A stretch of 64,000 bases of DNA, from the NCBI RefSeq assembly GCF_030028105.1, contig NC_092380.1, forward strand, positions 70,119,717-70,183,716, written 5' to 3'. Source of the stretch: Mobula birostris. Its lineage: Eukaryota. Shown piece after piece: positions 56,831 to 64,000 of the stretch. The notes beneath the pieces are model-generated. The model searched no databases. It was given only the letters and a program-made list of their open reading frames with translations, and was not told where the DNA came from. A program made the translations under genes and the position numbers. How positions within the stretch are numbered: position 1 is the stretch's first letter; the number at the start of each line of letters is the position of its first letter.

Positions 56831-57329
56831 ATGCTCACTTCATGTCAAGAGCAAATTCAGCAAATGAATTGACAAAAAAAAAAGGATAAGAACCCATGAA
56901 ATGGGCCACATTTAGCGGTGCTCCACATTGTGCTATTAAAACAGTGCCCGATGACAGGTGAACCTGGAGGAAATTCAACTAGTTTCCTAGGGTAGAAGCT
57001 TATTGGGGAAATCAATCTACATTATCCAAAAGGAATTTTTGAAAATTGAATGATGTAATTTATTGCATCATAAAAATTAACTGTGCATCAATTCCTAATT
57101 CAAATGTGTTTGAAGGGAAATATAATTATTAAAAAAAATTCAAAATTAAATGGAGATTGCGTCTAGAGTATCAAATTCCATTCAATGGAGAAACACCAAG
57201 CAAGACTTTCTGTTGAACACCAATGGAGGAGTACAATTACTGCAGATTAGCTGTAATCAAAGCAAAAAGATCATCACTTCCCAATTTGGGGAAGAGATAC
57301 AAGAAGCAGTCAAAGAATCAGAACAGCCA

Positions 57330-57610
57330 TGCAAATTCACAGCCAGCAACCCAGGTTCAATGCTAACCTCTGGCACTGCCTGTGTGGAGTTTCCACACTG
57401 GCCATTATGCAGGAATTTTCTCCAGGTGCTTTGGTTTCCTTCCGCATCACCAAAAAAATATGCAGGCCAATAGGTGAATGAAATCTGTGAATTTCTCCAA
57501 GTGTAGGTGAATGGTAGAACTTGGGGGGAGCTAGTGAGAAATTGGGGAAAATAAAATGGGATTTTGTAAACGAGTGTTTGATAGCTGGCATGGACACAGT
57601 GAGCCAACTG
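57330..57610 (+). mobile_element. tRNA-derived SINE
   Basis: B-box-like ccaggttcaatgc followed by tgtgtggagtttcc...ttctccaggtgctttggtttcct. Confidence 0.5.
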
Positions 57611-58622
57611 GCCAGTTTCTTAGCTGCATCTTCTATGACTCAATGCACAAACTGCAACACACCAAAATGATTTCACTGTCTTCATATTACCTGCTCGAAA
57701 TCTCCACCAATAAGCAAGTAGTCCTGCAGCAAACAGGAAACATAACACAAATCCTCCTACAAATGCAGCTCCCACTGCTGCTGTTGAAGCTGATTCAGGC
57801 TCTGAAACTTAGAAAACCAAACCAAAAATATGAGCATTTAGACACACTAATAAACTCATCATCTTGAGACACTTACGAGTTTTTGCAAATTATAAATCAC
57901 CATTCATAAACCCTGTAAAGATTTTCAAGAAATTGAAACCATAATTGTGCAACTTATTTTCACTTTAAGTCATGTTCTGGGAATTCCATTCTGTAGTTTT
58001 GTTATTTTTCATATAATCTGGAATAAGTGGTGGGCTCAGAGTTACCAGCATCCCAACTTTTGACTAAACTTATTTGCAAATGACATCAGTTGCAAGTTGT
58101 GCTGTCGAATATTAAAATAGAAAGATTAAAAACTAGCCCTGGGTAAGGGTGGGGACAGAAGGCTAAAACGATGCCTGCAAACCTGCCTCAATTATTTTTG
58201 GGACATATTGAAAGAATATCTAACCCACTGGTGAAGACAGAGGCAGAAGGGCAGGGCCCTTCTTACTCAACCAAATCAAGTACAGGAAAGATAGACAGTG
58301 GTGTGCAGAAAATGAAATTATACGATAAAGGTCAAAACTAATTACTCAAGGCATGGAAAGAATCAGCAGTTGCAATGGCACAAACAGTTAAATGAGTTAA
58401 TGAGTAAGTAACTAACAGCCAGTCGCCAGGAGTCTCTACAAATCCAAAATGTGCTAGCCTACTGTTTATTTGCAGGCAAGACTCAACTTCTCAGCCAATA
58501 TCTTTATGTGGTGAAATAACAAACAATGAACCTTTGATTTAAATCAGTGGAACATTTTTAAAAAACATTGTTACAAATATTGCTACATAGTATCCCCAAC
58601 TTATTCAAATAATGGAACATAC

Positions 58623-58943
58623 CTTCAACTGTGAGTTTCACCTCTTGTGAAGGTTCGTCTGGAAGGGACTGATGTCTCACTGTACACTTGTATACATTAC
58701 CATCATCATTCGGAGTTGGTTCAATTCTAATATTACTGGAAACATTAAACGTTCCATCATTGTTAGAAACTGCAGCTCCAGTGCAGACATGTCTTTCCAA
58801 TCTCTCAGTTTTCCCTCTGGATATCTTTTCCCAGAAGATTTCATGCTTCTGAGGATAAAATTCCGTAGCGTCACACCGGACAGATTTCTCTGTACCATTC
58901 AGAATGGTAATGTGTTGTGTGGATAGAAGCACCTTTGGCTTAG
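58623..58943 (-). CDS. NCR3LG1-like: Ig C1-set exon (exon C1)
   Basis: Acceptor ttttaatacag|CT and donor GAAG|gtatgt; 321 nt, phase 1-1. RCDATEFYP...FWEK...NNDGTFNVSS...YKCTVRHQSL matches the C1-set pattern and the B7-H6 C domain motif DGTFNVTS. Confidence 0.9.
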
Positions 58944-59324
58944 CTGTATTAAAAGGCAAATCCAACCTTGTCAGATAGGATGGAGTGTATTATCATAAAT
59001 ATCTAAAGCCAAGTCTAAGATATTGCTATGTTTACATAAACAAAATGTACCACTTTCCTTCCTTCAATTATTGCTCCAAAACACAGGATTTCCCTTTACT
59101 ATTACTCCTGAAAGATAATTCACTTGTTCAACATTCAATGCAGTTCCATGCGAGAGTTTTAAGATTATTTATTCCTTCTGATCCAGAGTCTCCAAATAAT
59201 AAATTAACAGACAGTGGAGAGGTACATCGGTAATTCTGCAGAGACTATACGCATTATGGATAGTGTAGACAATTGCCAAAGGATATGGCAGGACATAGAT
59301 CAGTTATAGATATGGGCAGAGAAA

Positions 59325-62014
59325 AGCTTTTACCTGGCCTAATCCACTTAGACCAGACTGGATTTATTCAACAAAGACAAACACAGGACAACATAAGGAG
59401 AACTCTGCACATATTAGAACAGGTTAATAAGAACGAGACAGAGACAATGGTAGTAGGATTGGACGCTGAGAAAGCTTTTGATTCGGTTAGTTGGGCATTC
59501 CTATACAGAGTGTTAGGAAGATTCGGCTTTCAAGAAAAGTTTATTAAAGTAATTCAGACTCTATATGACAGCCCTACAGCCCGAATTAAGATAAATGGGG
59601 ACCTCTCTGACTCCTTCATCTTAGAGAGAGGCACTAGACAGGGATGTCCAATTTCTCCTCTCCTTTTTCCGCTATATATTGAACCGCTTGCCCAACTAAT
59701 AAGACAGAGCGAAATCGTAAAAGGTATCAAGGTGGCAGGAATTGAACAGAAAGTGGCGTTATTCGCAGATGATGTTTTGGTCTATCTGAGTGAACCAGAA
59801 AAATCATTTATAGGTTTGTTTACGCTGTTGGATGACTTTGGGAAAATATCAGGTTATAAAATAAATGTAAAGAAAATGCAGGTTATGTCCCTAAATTATA
59901 CACCATCCAAAAAATTGCAGGATACATACGATCTTAAGTGGGAAGCTAAATCATTAAAATATTTAGGAATAACCCTGCCGAAGGATCTTTCAACACTGTC
60001 ACAGGTAAATTATGGGCCATTAATCTCAGAGATAAAAGCAAATATGCATAGATGGAATCTTATCCCCTTTTTAAGTTTAAATTCAAGGATAAATACTATA
60101 AAAATGAATATTCTTCCTCGGTTATTGTATCTTTTCCGTACTTTACCGGTGGAGGTGGATGATAATCAATTCAGGGAATGGGACGAATGGATTTCCCGCT
60201 TCATTTGGCAAGGAAAGAAACCTAGAATTCGATATAACACCTTACAGTTAGGGAAGGAAGGAGGAGGTATGGTTCTTCCTTGCCTGAGAAATTATTTTTA
60301 TGCCTCACAGATAACCCCTCTGTTATATTGGTGTAATAGGGAATATAAGGCTAGATGGAAGGAAATAGAATTTGGATTAGTTGACAGTTTTCCTCTTCAG
60401 GCCTCAATAGCTGACAAAGGATTGATGGCCCAGTTGGAAAAATTTAAAAACGCTTGGATAAATCTTACATTAAAAGTATGGCAGAAGGTGGTTAATTCAT
60501 GTGGAATTAATAACATGTTAAAACTCTTTAGATGGTGTGCATATGATACCAAATTCCTTCCCAACAGAGGAGATAAAAGATTTGAGCTATGGATAAAGAA
60601 AGGTCTTACAACCTACCTCTCATTTATAGATAAAAGAGTATTACAAAGTTTCCAAATCCTGCAGGACAAACATGGCCTAGAACATAATGACTTTTTTAGG
60701 TACCTTCAAGTACGAAACTATGTTAACCAGAGTTGTAGATATGCAGACCTATCAACAGTAGAATTAGAATTTTTCAAGATTCTGAATTCGGCTTGCAGTT
60801 CAATACCTAGTAAATCAGTTTCTCGATTATATAATGCACTCTCCCATGCTAAAAATGTAAATACACTGTATATTAAAGAGAAGTGGGAGAAAGAAGCGGG
60901 GTTGGTACTTTCAGAGGAGGCTTGGGAGAAAATCTGCAGCTTTCAATGGTCCTCGACTAATTCTTTGACTTGGAGAGAACATTGTTGGAAAAACATTATA
61001 AGATACTTCAAGACCCCATATCAGGAAAAATATAAAGATACAAATGTGATGTGTTGGTGAAGGTGCGGCTCCAAGGAGGCAAATCATTTTCATATTTTTT
61101 GGGATTTCCCTAAATTAAGTCTATTTTGGGAAGGTATTCATAGAACACTAGTTAAGGTACTTAGGTCCCAGATACCTCTGAACTTTGAGACGCTCTATTT
61201 GGGGCATGTATTGTTTCTTGAACAGAAGGAAGATATAAAGTTGCTGCAGGCCCTCTTAGCGGCAAGTAAGAAATCAATCACTAGAAAATGGCTAAATCCA
61301 ATACCACCTACATTAGAAGATTGGTGCGAAATTATCTTGGAAATATTTAAAATGGAAAAGTTGACTTACTCCCTGAGAACTCAAAAAGAAAAATTTTATC
61401 AAATCTGGAATAAATGGATTGAATATATAACCCCAATGCGAGCAGACTTTAGATGACTCTCCTAATGATTTATATTGCTCTTCTCATCAACACAGTAATA
61501 TTGCTAACGTAAGCACCCCTAGTCTAAATGTTTGTTTTTTTTGTTTTCTTTTGGAAAATAGAGAATTAACACAAGTAAAGGGAAAGATTTGGGAAAGGGA
61601 TAAAAAATGAAAAAATTAAGTAAGTAAGTACATAGGGATTGGATAATTATGTCTGCGGGCAGGAGCAAGCATGAACAAATTAGGATATAAACACCTACAA
61701 CGGTTGATACATAGGCTTATATACAACATTTTGGACCAGTGGAAATGGTCCAGAAGGGTTATATGGAAACTATTATTACCATTTTTCTTAACAACTAATT
61801 CCATTACTTAGCCTAATAGGTTAGATTTACCACAGTACATAATTATTTATTTAAATGTTTATTTTCCTTTTATATCATCTCAATGTGTACTTAAGAATGT
61901 ATAAATAATTGTAGTTTTATACATATAAAAAAATGGAAAAGGTTATATGTGTGAAAAAAGTACATGATATTTGTGAATTCCTTATCCAAATAAAAATAAA
62001 ATTTAAAAAAAAAA
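59325..62014 (+). mobile_element. 5'-truncated L1-type LINE nested in a CR1 fragment; 16-bp TSD GATATGGGCAGAGAAA (59309-59324, 62015-62030)
   Basis: RT open for about 580 codons ([31 protein letters not shown]), then C-terminal pieces, 3'UTR and poly(A). Confidence 0.92.
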
Positions 62015-62830
62015 GATATGGGCAGAGAAATGGCAGATAGAGTTTAATACAGCTAAGTAATAAGTTTCACAATTTGGGAACTCAAATATGAAGGGATAGT
62101 ACATTCTTAATGGCAGAATCTTTAACAACATTGATCTACAGAGGGATTTTGTGACCCAAGGCCACAGTCTCTTAAAACGGCACAGGTTGATAGGGTGGTA
62201 AGGAAGTACATGGCACACTTGTCTTTATTAGTTGAGGCATTGAGGTCAAGAGTTGATAAATTACTTTTGCAGCTTTATGAAACTCTGCTTATGCCACATC
62301 TAGAGCACTGCTTCCAGTTCTGGTTGTCCCCATAATAGGAATAGAGTGGAGGGTTTGAAGAGGGTACAGAAGTGGGATGTTGCCTCAGCAAAAGAGCATG
62401 TGCTACAAGGAGAGAATGGACAAACTTGGAGCAACACACAACGTGCTTGGTCAGGCAGCATCTATGAAGGGAAATGGACAGTCGGTGTTTCAGATTAAAA
62501 CCATTCAAATGAACTAGGGTTGCTTTCCCTGGGGTTTCAAGGTGAGGGGAAACCTGATGGAAATTTATAAGATTATGAGAGGCAAAGATAGAATAGACAG
62601 CTAGTATCTTTATCCCAGGGTCAAAGTGCCTAAAGCTGACAGGAGGCAAGTTTAAAGATGACGTGAGCAGCAGGTTTCCTTTCTTTTAATAAAAAGACAT
62701 AGAGCAGTGGGTGCCTGCAATGCACTGCCAGAGGGGGTAGCAGAGGCAGATGTGATAGATGCATTTAAAAAACTCTGAGATAGACACATGAATGTGCAGA
62801 GAGTTGAGGGGTAAGGACATTGTGCAGACA
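62015..62830 (+). mobile_element. CR1 3' fragment (continues 59190-59324)
   Basis: KWQIEFNTAK-like sequence, ctggttgtccccataataggaa, and tggaatgcactgccagag-like 3' motifs. Confidence 0.65.
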
Positions 62831-62960
62831 GAAGGGATTACTTAACTTACTAACTAATTACTAGTTTAATTAGGTTGGCACAACATCATGGGCCAAATGG
62901 CTTGTTCCTATGCTGTGCTGTTCTCTGTTCACAACAGGTAATGTTTTAGAAGTCTCTTAC

Positions 62961-63302
62961 CCAAGACCACAATTTGTGAACTCTTTTCCGCTCTGTCAGG
63001 AGTGACAAGTACAACACAAATGTATTCTCCTGCTTCATTTAATTGGATATTTGGAAGATAAAGTGAAGCATCTCCTTTCTGTAATTCCGTTTCAAATATT
63101 TTGGCTCCATGTCGTCTAGCCACAGCTTGTCCTGCATTAAAGGTGTAGATTTCTTTCCTTTGGGATCCATACAACCACAGAACACCTACATTTGATAAGT
63201 CAAGAAGTGGCGTTCCAAAATCAGTCACTTTACATTCCAAGGTAACGTCCGTATTCAATAATACATCCTTTGGACTTCTAAAAATGGTTATATCCAACGT
63301 TT
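62961..63302 (-). CDS. NCR3LG1-like: Ig V-set exon of an NCR3LG1/B7-H6-like multi-Ig gene (exon V)
   Basis: Acceptor ttttctgtttgcatttag|AA and donor TTGG|gtaaga; 342 nt, phase 1-1, open. TLECKV...VLW...GDASLYLPNIQLNEAGEYICVVLVTP closely resembles the B7-H6 V domain ([26 protein letters not shown], recalled). Confidence 0.88.
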
Positions 63303-64000
63303 CTAAATGCAAACAGAAAAATGAGGTAAGTTTATCTGCAATCACATATTGCAAATAGAAATTAAACAGATCCAAGTTATAGTGCAAGTTATGGCATTTT
63401 TTCTAGCAAACTCACAAGTCAGTAAGTTGTTCAACTCCAGGATCGCAGATTGATTTGTGGACTGAAGTGGATGCTGTATTGTTTGAAATCACAGATTTCA
63501 GATGAGTCACTAAACCTTCAGCAACGTAATATGAAGATACAAAATTCCTCATCAATATTAAATAAGTCCCTCAGCACTACCTTGAACATAAACTTTAGTC
63601 AACATTACTAACATCTCAGGTAGTAAAGGTTAAATAATGGGTTGACCTAAAGTCTGGTTTGTGTGAATGCTGGGTCTCAGGTGTTAGTAACAGTGTATAC
63701 TCTTTAAAAGGTACTTCCTTAATTGTAAAGTGCTCTGGGACATCCTAAAAGCTACTCTTTCATAAAAATCTTTTATTTAAATGGACTGGACCTGTATTAT
63801 TTCCAATACTTGGTTCCAAAGTATTGTCACAGAATGGCTAAATGCAAAATACATCCCTAACTCACTGATGTGCCACACTGTAAATGAGTCATCATTTGGG
63901 AAGGGTTGAGGTGCTTACTCACAGGAAGTTAGGGGGCAATTACCTTAAAAAGGATTGCATAGTGCTGTAATTTCACCACAGGACTGTATTTTGATTTGAT

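Noticed and set aside
59273-59324. N-terminus of the 595-aa ORF as a real protein start
   Set aside because: These codons come from the CR1 host and TSD upstream of a 5'-truncated L1.
63303-64000. Leader exon of the main gene
   Set aside because: Candidate donors near 63915-63945 give no phase-1 hydrophobic signal peptide; the leader is probably beyond the window.

Overview
Eukaryotic, repeat-rich vertebrate DNA. The Penelope/CR1/L1/Rex/SINE repeat mix and the gene content suggest a cartilaginous fish, probably a ray (inference). The window is dominated by one large minus-strand immunoglobulin-superfamily gene spanning about 19.4-63.3 kb, with its leader exon not found in the window. It begins with a V + C1 exon pair resembling NCR3LG1/B7-H6. 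It then continues through three further Ig-like exons, six copies of a 330-nt Ig-like exon (five in a 2.48-kb tandem array), an array of 45/51-nt charged micro-exons interleaved with decayed Ig pseudo-exons, and a last Ig-like exon with a 1-nt frameshift. All internal intact exons are symmetric phase 1-1, and I found no transmembrane exon. One array unit carries a 4.68-kb insertion with a 13-bp target-site duplication. The insertion is an intronless FAM102A/EEIG1 5'UTR plus codons 1-89 fused to a near full-length RTE LINE. The left 19 kb holds a probable CpG promoter and signal-peptide exon of the next gene, L1/CR1/Rex/Penelope/hAT remnants, an ERV env fragment and an unexplained 0.7-kb insert. 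Splice sites and coordinates were read by eye; repeat boundaries are approximate.
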